From Schizochytrium sp. TIO01 (Eukaryota > Protista > Bigyra: Labyrinthulomycetes): 64,000 bases of DNA. The stretch's first letter is position 1. Each line of letters begins with the position of its first letter. The notes beneath the pieces were generated by a model. It was not told where the DNA came from, searched no databases, and saw only the letters and a list, made by a program, of their open reading frames with translations. Of this stretch, positions 32,437-44,290 are shown one piece after another. The DNA lies in assembly GCA_004764695.1 (NCBI GenBank), contig SMSO01000004.1, positions 1,984,001-2,048,000 of the forward strand, given 5' to 3'. The translations under genes and the position numbers were made by a program.

Positions 32437-34037
32437 GGCTCCGTTCTGTTCTCCCCGCCGGAGAGAGACCGTCTCACTCGCTGAGTGATCAACCATCCAT
32501 CGGTAAATCGATCAACCCTCACCAACTGACGCCTTGAGCAGACTGACTTGCTGATTTACTGACTGACTGGCTCACTGACTCACTCCCTGGCTGATTGGCT
32601 GACCGCCTCATCCACTGCCCTCGCGGATGACAGCCTAGCGAGGCTAGCGGCCTGAGTCCAACGCAGACAGATCCCATCGCTCAGTTGGTTATTTTGTTGA
32701 GTCTTTGCGGAGGCACCTTTTAGGGACCTCGTTCCACTTCGCCGCGAGAACGGTTTGGAACACTCCCAATCGGTCGATCGATCGTTCTTTCTTTCTTTCT
32801 TTCTTTCTTTCTTTCCTCTTCCCGCCTGAAGAGAACAGGCGTGATAGTGGTCATGATGACGTTATTTAATTTATTTTCATTCTTTTTAGTATTTTAAAAT
32901 GCGCTTGATTGAAAATTGAATTTGAATTCAACTATGAACGGCACTCACTCACATCACAGAGAGAGCGGAGCGGATGGCAAAGAAGAACGTTCTTCTTCTG
33001 GCAAATTGGTACACCTGTCTTCGCGCATTCATTGATTGTGTCAAACCTTCAAGAAAGCCGCGCCGACGACCAGCTGAACGCAGGTGCTCGCGGAATCAGC
33101 CATTCGGCCAGGCAGCCGGAAGAGAAGAAGCCGGGCGAGGGGAAGAGGAGGAAGGCCTCCAGGTCTTCGCATAGCTCAAGCCAAGAGGCCGAGCGGGGCC
33201 TTGGCCGATACGCGCCTCGAAAGAAAGACTTACCTTCCTTGCTCTCGCCCGCCTTCGATCCTTGTTCTTCGTTCTCTCTTTCTTTCAGGCTTTCTTTCGA
33301 AACACCATTAAAATACGCAGACCGGTCTTTAAAGTACAAGCGTTGGTAGGCCTGAGTATACGTATTACCGTAGAGTGCTTATTTTAAGACGGATCAAGTA
33401 CCAGCGCGTGTGAGCTTGTGAATGAATATACTAAGTTTATGAAGGACTGACTTTCTCACTTATGAAACAGAAGTGAAATAATAATCACAATAACAGTACT
33501 TTTTATACTCATAAACAGTAAAAATGGAAAAACGAGGTAACAGGAGTCTTTGCTCTGTTTATGCTTAAAACCAATATATTCATTTCTAATTAATTAATTA
33601 TTTATTTGTTTATTTGTTTATTTATTTAAATATGTATTTATATGTTCACAGCTAGACTGACTACTAGTATAAAGAACGAGAACAAAATGGTAGAACGAGC
33701 GAGCGAGGAGACAGCAGAAAGAGGGCAACATAACCAACTAAGCGGCGGACGACATGGTCGGCGCAGGGAGGGTGGAAAGGTGGGCGAATCAACTTCAATT
33801 GACCGCTAGCAGCCCAAGAACCGATCGATCAATCGAACAAACTAACAGAGAGAGGGTCTCTTTCTCAAGATCTCCCTTGACAAACTTTACATGGTTGTGC
33901 AATTTCGCAGCACAGGACTCAACGAAGTTCTTTCAGGTCCTCCTTCACCTTCGTTGACCTTTGCCCGTTCTTCTCCTGGTACTGTTCTTCATCGCAGCCT
34001 AACCCTAGCTACCTTTCAGGTATTCTCGTGTTCTCTT

Positions 34038-34394
34038 TCAACCAACACTCTCAGTCTCATGCCCCGTGTCTTGTGCGAGAAACCCACGCCCCTGGGTCTC
34101 CTCTTTCTTTCTGTTTAGGTGTTCTGTTCTTCGCCGCCTGACCGGTGATAACAGTGCTAAACTGGAGAACAGTACGAGGTGCTCCTTTCGATCATACTCG
34201 AATGTGTTGGTTTCAATCATGAACAAATAACTGCGTCCATGCTCGCCGATCTCGGCACTCCGAAGCTGCTCTTCAGAGCACTCCAAGCAGGCCGCCTTTG
34301 CCTTGGCGAGCATCCACACGTAGCCAGCCACTTTATCGAATGCCGCGGCCATTGGGCTTGCGAGGCTGTGTTTTGCTTTCTGCTCATCGTCCAT
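34038..34394 (-). CDS. Possible small hypothetical protein (MDDEQKAKHSLASPMAAAFDKVAGYVWML...)
   Basis: 118-codon ORF from accATGg at 34394, preceded by a (CATA)n/(CACT)n leader. No recognisable domain. Confidence 0.2.
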   Translation of the reverse strand: MDDEQKAKHSLASPMAAAFDKVAGYVWMLAKAKAACLECSEEQLRSAEIGEHGRSYLFMIETNTFEYDRKEHLVLFSSLALLSPVRRRRTEHLNRKKEETQGRGFLAQDTGHETESVG

Positions 34395-35771
34395 GGTCCA
34401 TAATCGATGCTCTCTATGAGAAAAACAGCGAAAGAGAGAAAGAGTGAGTGAGTGAGTGAGTGTGTATATGTATGTATGTATGTATGTTTGCATGCATGTA
34501 ATGTATTATGAGGGTGTATGTCTCTCTTTCTCATTGCGGGCGCCGCTCTCGAGGGGGCGATAGCAGTAGTGCTACTGTTTCGCCGCATACGTTACCTTCC
34601 CCGCGCAGACAGGAGGGACCAAAGGAGCGAAGAAACAGTCAAAGACTCACGTCCATCTTGTTCTTCTTCTTTTTGCTCCTGATTGATTGTTATCATCTTT
34701 TTACTTGATAATAATTTTTTGCAAAATAGAATTAAAATAAACTCAATGTATTTGCGCCTTTTGTCACACCCGATTCTTCACTTCACTTCACTTCACCTTC
34801 ACAATTGGGCGTTCTTATTTCATGAGTTATCGATAAATGAACTAAAAATAGCGCTCTTTCATTTGGAACCATCGAAAATGTTTTCAACTAAAAAAGCATT
34901 CAGAGTTTAATTCGCAATGGCAAAGAAAGAACAGTCACCACCATCGCCCATAGAGATACGCTTAGAGACCCAAGTCGCCTGTCCTCTAGCGATGGAGTGT
35001 TCAATATGCAGATTTAAGGACGCCTAAGGGGCGGCTAGTGTTCTGGTAGGAGGGAGAGCACTAAGACCTGCTAGGCGGACCTAGGTCTGAAAAGTGTCGC
35101 CGCCTCGAAGGTGCGTACTTTTCCCGTTCTTTGGCTGAGAACCAATTCTGTGCGGAAAGACTGGAACGAAGGGCGCGGGAAGCTCCGCAAAAGCAGGCGG
35201 TCTGGTGCGTGGAATGGCCTTCTAGGCCTGCAGACTCCGCTCGGACGCCCACCGATCCCACCCGCACCCTCCTCCCTGGATCTGCCTCGCCCTCTTTCCG
35301 CCTCAGCGCCAAAGGCGGAGGGCGTTCAGAACGAGAAGATGGCGGTGATGGCAGGCGGAATGGAACGGTGACCGGCTGGAAAGAACAGGTGGAGAGAACG
35401 AACGAAGGAAAGAAAGAAAAAACGAATTGAAGAAAGAAAGAAAGAAGAACGATTGGGCTTTGCAAAGGAAGGAGAAAGGGAGAGAACAAGAACAACGAAC
35501 GAAAGGGCCAAAAGGACCAAAGGCGCCAAAAAGGGGCCAAAGGGGCGAGGAAGAAGAAACAAGAGAACTCCAAGGCTCAGCCTCGCCGCGAGAAGTCTGC
35601 GTGAAAGCGGGCCAACGCCGGCGCTGGGCACTGCGCCGCGCGGGCAAATCGGCACCAGTCGTAGCACCGGCACGGCCCCGAGAGCCTCGCGGCGCCCGGC
35701 AGGAGACAGACAGGCGGCTGCTCGTCTTCTTGAGCCGCAGAGCTCAGGATTCTGCAAGATCTTGTGATCTC

Positions 35772-35773
35772 CT

Positions 35774-35849
<76 letters not shown>

Positions 35850-35926
35850 AATTTCTTTCTTTCTTTCTTTCTTTCTTAATTTCTTTCTAATCAGATTTCT
35901 TTCTGATTTCTTTCTTTCTTTCTTTC
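35772..35926. repeat. Long (TTTC)n microsatellite / polypyrimidine tract
   Basis: Directly visible, about 150 bp with few interruptions. Confidence 0.95.
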
Positions 35927-36179
35927 CTCGTGAAGAATGATATACCCAATTGCGAAGGATCTAACTCTGCTCGAGGAGAAAGACGCCGGCAAGGGAGAAG
36001 GGGACAGGGAAGACGCACGCCGCTGAGGCTTGAGCCAGGCCTGCCCATGCCTGCTCGGCTTTCTTCCCGAGCTCCGCCACCATGCGCGCCTGACCCGGAG
36101 GTGAACCCGCGGTTCTATCTTTCTTTCTTTCTTGAAGACTTTCACACCTCGCTCTCTTCGCCCGTGTCCGAAAATGCAC

Positions 36180-36215
36180 GGGCGCGTATTTTAATGTGGG
36201 CGCGTATTTTAATGC
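36180..36215. repeat. 18-bp tandem duplication
   Basis: gggcgcgtattttaatg(t/c) x2. Confidence 0.85.
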
Positions 36216-38237
36216 GGGCTCGCTCGTTCTGCTTGCTGTCTGTATAATAGGTAGCAAGCAGCAGCAGCGGCAGCTGAGGTCGCCGCGCTAGAAACGGCTC
36301 GAGGGCCGCGAGGGAGGAACCGAGAAGCTGCTGCGAGGCAGCAGAACGGGACCCTGGCGCCTTCTCCTGGGGCCGAAGATGCGAGCGAGTTTAACCGCGC
36401 AAAGCTCCTCTGCGTCTGACTCTGCAGCGACGAGAAGCTCGAGCTCGAGCACGTTTCCCCTTTTTGGATGAATTAAGTTTTTTTATTGTTTATTATTATT
36501 TATTTAGTTATGTATTTATTTTAAATTATAAAATTAATAAGAAAATAGCATATTTATGAAGCAAGCAGTTTCTAGCGCATAGACCTTCGCATCTTTGCGA
36601 GAATGGACATGGATTATAACACCGCATCAGAGAGAGAGGCCTCAGCGAGAAGGTCTCAAGCTGGGGAAACCCGGAGGGAGCTGCTTTGGAGTGGCTGATT
36701 ACCGTTCAGTTGCTGGGAACTCGCGGGCCAATCACAAAGAAAGAAAGAAAGAAAGAAAGCCTGCATTTATTTTCGCTCAAAGTACCCTTCCGATATCGAT
36801 GATACAGATTAACTACTAATCAAGTCCAGGGACCAGCGAGAGCCTTTGCGCTGTTTGGCGTTCTCTGCACCTCATTGAGAGGAACACCACAATGGCAAAG
36901 ACAGAATCGTTCTCTCTCCCGCTGTTCTATTCGCGCTGGTCAATTGAAAGAGTTGTGTTTATTTAGTCTTCCGCGGAGCGATTGATCGCCTGTTCTCATG
37001 CTGGCAAGCGAGCACCTAGTACCTAGGTAGCACTTTTTTTTCTATTTAGGTTTCGAGTTCTTTTCATTGGGTGCTACTTTTTAAGGTGAAAGGAACAGTA
37101 GAGAGCAATAACAATATTGATTTGAAAGCAAGTTTGAACAAGAGAAATTGATTTCTTTCAAATGTTTGTTTGCTCTGCGATGGAATTATCAAAATCATCG
37201 GAAAGTGAAGTAAAAACTCGAACGAAAGCAGTGATCGGCGGCGTGGGTCCTTAAGGTAGGTTATATATATGTATGTATGTGTATGCATGTATGTTTATCA
37301 AATCAAAAGCACGTATCTTTTGTTGAAAGTATGGATGTTTATTAGAGTCATCGATTGGGTGTAATACGAAGAGTGAATGCGGAATGCTGCGCAGAAAAGA
37401 AAGCGGACCCTGGCGTGTGCATGGGCTGCCGGAAGACCACGCGTACAGGCCGCCCCTGGGCAGCGAAGAAGAGAGCAAAGCGAAGATCTGGCCCGCTTGG
37501 CGCGACTGAGACAGGCCTCGCCGCGTCCTCCTCTGTCTGCCCTTGCGCAGAATGTGCACTCAATCCAACGAGGAGGATGTCATTTATTTATTATAAACAC
37601 GTACGTGCATACATTTACATACATTTATTTATACGTGCCCACTCTAGGTAGGTAGGTACGTGCCAGCTAGCAAACCAGATACCTGAATGGCTAGTAGTGC
37701 TTGTGAATAGCAATACTTCACCCTACCTACTGTATGAGTAGAGCTCACTATGAAGGAGGGGTGTGCACTGACGTGCCTGCCTCTCACTTTTCCTTTTCAT
37801 CATGGCTCCTGATTTTTGGTGATCCTCTGGGTTGGCAAAGCTTGAACTTCGAATTGACGACCCTTGTGCGGAGGGACTTACGTGCACACGCACACACAAT
37901 GCACACGCTCGTAATTGGTGCTGGCAATTTACTTCCTGTGGATCCGTGCCTTGGCTGTCGAACTTGAGCGTTTTTATGCGGCCCCCTTCACCGCCATTGA
38001 GTTAGCGTTGTGAGTTATGATGGATGCTACAGATGTTGTGAAAGTCGATCAACTTGAATAAATAAATATATTTTGTCCCTGTGGACGAAGCTCCGTAGCG
38101 CCGCTGCTACCGCAATCCCTAGCACTACTCCGATTCTCTGCGAAGAATGGCCGTCCGTGTGCATGCATGAGGACATTCAAAGTTGCTTGGTCTTGAATCA
38201 AGTTTGGCGGTCTTTATTTTTTGCCAGTTATTGCTGC

Positions 38238-38293
38238 AATGAATGAATGAATGAATGAATGAATGAATGAATGAATGAATGAATGAATGAATG
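38238..38293. repeat. (AATG)n microsatellite
   Basis: Directly visible. Confidence 0.95.
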
Positions 38294-39541
38294 GATCCAT
38301 TGCAATATCGAGATGCCCACGGCGTATGATAAGTCATCGGCGGTGCAGTGCTTCCACGCCCTGAACTGCAGCCTTTATTGCAAAGTACAGCTTTAACCCA
38401 CGTCGTGCGAGGTATGCATGCACACGTTCTCGAGCTTGCTGGGGGGCTTCTGCGGCATAAATTGTACTAATTTGAGACATAGCAGTACCGGTAGCACCCC
38501 TAGTGCCAACTTGGATGAAGTAATTCGACACCAAATTCACAAATAAATTAGACTTTTAGTTCAACACTTAGTCTTGCTAATCTTGAAATTAAGTTTGTGG
38601 GGTACCAAACTTTGTCATTGCTCCTTTCCGATGAAGTGGAATAACTTCTTCATAGACTTTTTTACTTCCCCTTTTCTTCTCTTTTTTAAATAACTCAATA
38701 GTAAAATTTTATTTTATGCATGTATGTTTATGTAAAATAATTACCACATAAAAGGGCTTTTGTTGTTCTTACTCTTGTTCTTTTTCCTTTTATTTGGATT
38801 TGTTTTTAATTTAAAAGAGTGTTTTGGTGTATTTATTAACTTCAATTAAAAAAAAAAAAAAAAAAAGTACTAGAAATTCTTTCATGATAACTTTTTTAAC
38901 AAATGAACATCAGGCGAAAGTTTTTTTCCCCGCCCCGTGTCGTCGTCGTCTTGGAAAGGGGGTGGTGTTACAGAAGAGCTTGCGCTACCCAAGTTCAAAA
39001 GGACCTTCGACCAGCGCTGAGACCTACAGTTATTTTTGGCGTTATACAGCGACTTGATACCTTTTCCTCTCTGCTTGAGGACTTCTTAGACATGGCGTCT
39101 TCATCGCTGTTGAACTATTAATCATTAGTGTTTCCTGCTAAAATTCTTGCACGAAATGATGATGATAAGTGCACCAGGGTAGGAGGAGCACCGCGCTGCC
39201 GGCCCCCAGACTTTCTGTTGGGCAAAGCTCTGGGGCGAGGAAAAGAAACCAACTCGGACTCACCAAAGTTGAACAACGAGTAATTGTGGATAGCAAAATG
39301 CAAGAGACTGCGTGCTGCCTTATTAGCTGCGCAGAAAAGAACCTTGCACTTAACTTACTGTAAATAAAACCACGGCGCGCGTGCAGCAGCGGATATACCA
39401 AGTTTTCGACAAATGTGATAAATCACAGATGGTGCCAGCCAACCAGCTCAAAGTGAAGTGCAATGACGTCGTTCGGCAACACCCTTGATATCTACAAAAA
39501 TCGAACTTGGGTGAGGTACACGCAATTCCATGTTTCCTGTT

Positions 39542-39577
39542 GGAAAGGAATTTTGAGCGGGAAAGGAATTTTGAGCG
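39542..39577. repeat. Perfect 18-bp tandem duplication
   Basis: ggaaaggaattttgagcg x2. Confidence 0.9.
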
Positions 39578-42500
39578 AGTTCAATCGCAATAACTTTTAA
39601 ACAGCAGAAGCAGCAGCAGAACAGTTGGTTCACTTAGAATTCGGCTTATTTTATTTCGTTTCGTTACGTTTCGTGTTACACAACTGCAAATTGTCCACTT
39701 CAGGAGTCCTTTAAAACCCGCATTCATAGGATGCTACAAGGTTCATGAATTTATAAATGTAGCAGTAACGGGTACGCAAAAACTGACAGGAGCAAGTAAA
39801 GCAGGCAAACCCGCAGATGTGCGCCAAGCTACCCCGAAGCGGTTTTCTCAGGTCGTCCTTTCATTCATACAGAAAGAGTTCCAAAGCATGTAAATAACAA
39901 AGCAAGCAAGCAAGCAAGCCAGAAATTACACTCCCAGACACATGCATCCATATTAGAAGTGTAGATTTTGAACCTCCCAAGTTTTATATTATACTGCTGC
40001 CCGTTGTTCACCTTTCAATCAATTATGTAAATAAAATAGCGATCAATCGTTGGTTGGTGCTGCGTTATAGAAAGTTATCAAAGTGACACATAATTGAGAC
40101 ATTCTCGTCTTACTTTTGTGCGTGGAAATCTTATTTTGATCTCGCGATGCCAAAAAATTTGCCTGCACGATCAATACATCCATCCGCGCCTACCACATCT
40201 ACGTATGGGTATGGCAATAGCTAATTGACCAACACAGAAGCATGCTAAGGAGGGCTACTCTTTAAGTGAAGTGCTCCTCTCTCCGACAGCGCCAGCATCA
40301 TCATTGCAATGCACCAAGAACTTCTTACCCAAGGTGTGTACTGTATTTGTATTGCTTTTTAATATTCTTTTGAGAGGGTCATGGGAGGCGCTGGAAAAAA
40401 ATATAGCTGTTGATATTCATGGCAATCAGTCTTGGAGTTGCAAGTTGTAAACCGAGTGATACCTGGTCACCCTGGCAGCATCGAAATAGAGCTCTTTGGT
40501 GGATTAGGGCTATTAGACAACTATCTGCCATTGCCGAGAATTGAGAAAATTCTACACATTCTGGGGCCTGCATCACCCGATCATGGCGAAGTGAAGTTTG
40601 ACGGCTAGGCAGCAGCAGCTTTTGCAATTTGTGTGTTTTCATGTAAATTGAAATATTATAACAAAACAAAATTGGAACATATCAAACGATAATACAGACA
40701 ATAATGACCATAAAACTCTACATCTAAATAAAGCATATTATTATTTTTTATTTCTTTTATCCCCAAATATGAACGATGTTCTATGATCAATAAAGAATGA
40801 TTCATTCTAAAGTTTTAAAAAGTACCACCATTAAGCTTTGTATCAAATAACACTTTTAAATGTATATAAAGAATGAGATCCTTACCCCTGCTTTTAAAAA
40901 GTATTTATTTTTAATTTAGTAAAACTCTTTACATTCGGTATATATAGAACAAGCAATGATGTTTTCAAAGTATATACCTTGTATAGGAACGAAAGATCAG
41001 TTTAAAGACCAGTACAAAGCTCAAAATAGAATAAACAAACGCAAATTCATGTATTTTATTTTAACTTATGTTCTATTGAATTTCTTTATTTAAAAAAAAA
41101 AAAAAAAAAACTAAAAAAAAAAACTAGAGTTGCCCTGTCCTTGCAATCCATATTGCCAGTTCTGCTGAATTTCCTGCCATATCTGAATTGCGTAAGTAAG
41201 GTGAAGAGAGATCAGCATAGAGGAGGCCTTTCGAGTTGTTCCACCAAAGTCTGCTCAAGTTTCAAGTTTCAACGAGGTTGTCCAAAGTCTGGCAACGAGC
41301 TAACTCCACTCTGGCTAAAGCAAGAAGCCGCCCAAACTTATCACCTCCTGAGTATGCTTTCGAGTTGGTTTGACTGCTTGCGTTGATTCGAGAGAAGATT
41401 CTTGAGGCTCTCTCGCGCTGCTGCTTTCTTTGAGGGAGGTTTGTTTTTCATGATGTGAATCAAAAATGCAAACAGAAAGAAATCTCATCTCATCATCGCG
41501 TTCGCAGCAGCCTTTGAGGGCAAGTGAAGAAGACGAAAGAAGCCTCAACGCTGATTATGAGAACCCCCGTTTGTTCAGACAGCGATGAATTGATTGATCG
41601 ATTGATCGATTGACGAATTTGACGAATCGAAGGCGGTGTTCAAACTGGAATGGAACCAAGAGAATTGGCGGAGAGAGATGATGGTCAGGTATTGCGTAGT
41701 GGCCTGCTCTGCTGCCTTCTTTGGAGACCTGTTCTTGTAGCGCAAAGGCAGACCAGAAGGACTCTCAAGAAAGGAGTTCTTGAGAGAACAGAGATGCCTC
41801 TGAACCTGCTTCCAAGAGTGAGCTTGCTTCTGCATTTCACCTTCATTCTTTTCTTCTTGGAAACAGATTTACCTCGCTAGCTAACCCTTAGGAGCCACTT
41901 ATCTACCTACCTCTTTTACTGTTATTGAAAATTTTAAAAAGTCTATGAAAAAGAAAATGAAGCGCTTACCTCCAGCTTTCTTTTTCTTTTCTTTTTCTTT
42001 AATAACTCAACCTGTTTCCCCGACGCCTCATAAAGAGATGGCTTAAAAGGCCTCCGAATCTGCCGAGAGTGCCGTTACCCCATACACTTTATCGCTCTAG
42101 TTACGCCGACACTGCGCAGTTGTGAGGGCACCGTTTCCAGAGTAAAGCAAAAGACACCCGAGACAAAGAGGGCATTCAATCCAGAAACGAAAACATTTAC
42201 TTGATGACGAGCTTAACACCGAGAGAGAGAGTCACAAGCTAGCCCCCTTGGCCCCCTCAGCGCTATGGCACTGTAGGATATACAAGGGCAGGCTCGCACA
42301 CTTTGACCAATAGTGAGCACAAAGAGAGCCTCGTCGTCGGTAGATGGTTCGCGCAATGCCCCCTACCCTACCGTTCCGACGAGGAAAAATCAGAGAGCAA
42401 GCAACAATGAGGGTTAAAACTACAGAACGCTAGCTGGAAGCTTCCGTATTTGAAAAGAATTTTACCAACAACCAAAAAATAAGTGGAAAAATGAAGAGGA

Positions 42501-44189
42501 ACGAGAAGAGCAGAAGAAGATGAATTCGAGGCGGTGGAGAGAAGCGCAATATAAAGGCTCTGCGTTGGCGGCGTTCAGACATGAACACGTTTTATTTGGA
42601 TGAAGTACGTACAACGAATCGCCGCCTTTGGAAAACATCGACCACCTTCGTTGGGCGTGCCTTAGCGAACCCAGAGGCCTTCGAAGTCGCGCTCGCGCTG
42701 AAGAAGGATTGTTCTGGTGCGTGCAAGATTCACTCTCATAAGAATTATGAAGATGAATGAGGGAGAATCTTCAAAATGCTCTGCACCGGAGCACATCCCA
42801 GGCAAGTACGTGCATGCTACAAACCAAGATGCAAGTAAATGGCCATGAATACCAACCCAATCAATGAATGAGTGAATGAGTGAATACACCAACTCGGATG
42901 CAGCGAGGGTGCTCCTATGACTGGTGGTTTGCAAGTTTTTACAAAAAAGGCTCAATGAAAGCCAAAAAAAGGGCTCCTATGGCTGGGAGTGGTAGGTCCG
43001 GCTAGGATCGGTCCATTCGATGTGCCGATATTACCAGAATGAAAAACTAACCCTATGTGTAACTATTGTTTAAAGTAAACGTCGTTGCGAAAGCCGGTAG
43101 CAATGACCCGTCCCGTGAGTGAGTCAAATGGATTCAGAGGCACATGTGGAGAAGAACTTTAGGTTGGACTTTGAAAGTTGCGATTAATGGTCATGAATCG
43201 TGGTGAAGAAGAAAGATTGGAATAATGATCGAAGCGATTGGAGTGAATGAACGAAGAACTTCGATTTCCATCGACCATCTCTTCTGCGATCAGATTCAAC
43301 AGCCCAGGCCGACGCCTGTTTCATGCTCCCATCCGAAGACAGTTTCAATTTCAAGCCCCAAGTGTCTCGAACTTGAGTGGCTCAGACAAGCGTTGGAGTG
43401 CTTTGAAGCCAGCCAGCCAGAATCATGTATGAAGAAGAAAAATCGAGCATTTTCTATCAAGTTCATGAGGAACTCCACGGAGAAGAAGAAGAAGAAGAAG
43501 TGGAACCTGATGGACCTGGGAAAGATGGAGCAGGCCAGGACATCGTCGATGGATGGCGTCATGAGGATTGCTACCTAGGCTCAAGCACGGGCTCACGCAT
43601 GACGATCGCCGCGATCGATCTCGCCACTGGACTGGAGAAGAAGCGGAGCCTGGCACGCAACGAACAACCACAACAAACCACTCGAACTTGTTGAAAGGTC
43701 TGCCTGTTCCAAAGTTCCTCCTCATTGCTTTGCGAATTTCGATGGATGGCTGGCTGGCTTCAGCTCGTTGGAGCTGGCCAGCAGAGCGCAACTCACTGCT
43801 TTGCAGGAGGCGCTTCCTAGGACCTGGACCTGGAGTTCGCTTCATCGCAAGAGCAGCGTTCCCTCCTTCTGGATCAAGGCGCCGGGCCAGCTAGCTAGAT
43901 AGACATCGGCGTGGTTGTGTTTTCCAAGAGAGACCCGACTCACTTGGAAAAGGATTGAACTCGCTCCAAGTACCTGCGGAGAAGGAAACTGACAGACCCC
44001 CCGTCTGCGAAAAACCAACTTTCACACAGAGACAGGCAGACAGCAAGCAAGCAAGCAAGCCGTGGCCACGGAGATGACGAGCTGTTGCAGAAAGGAGTGT
44101 TTGTTAGTCATGCCATGAGGGAGCGGCCTCTTCTCGCGAGTAAGCTGTCTGCCTCTGTTTTTTGAACTTGGGTCGTATGGGTAGTAAGT

Positions 44190-44290
44190 TTTTTGAAAAT
44201 CTGAAGTTCTGCAATAATGTGAAATTTTGAAATTCTAAAGTTCTGTAATTTGAAATTTTGAAATTCTGTTGAAATTTGAATTTGAAAGCC
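44190..44290. repeat. (TTTGAAAT)-type imperfect array, reverse complement of the 14.8/15.2 kb motif
   Basis: gaaattttgaaattctaaag...tttgaaattttgaaattctgttgaaatttgaatttgaaa. Confidence 0.7.
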
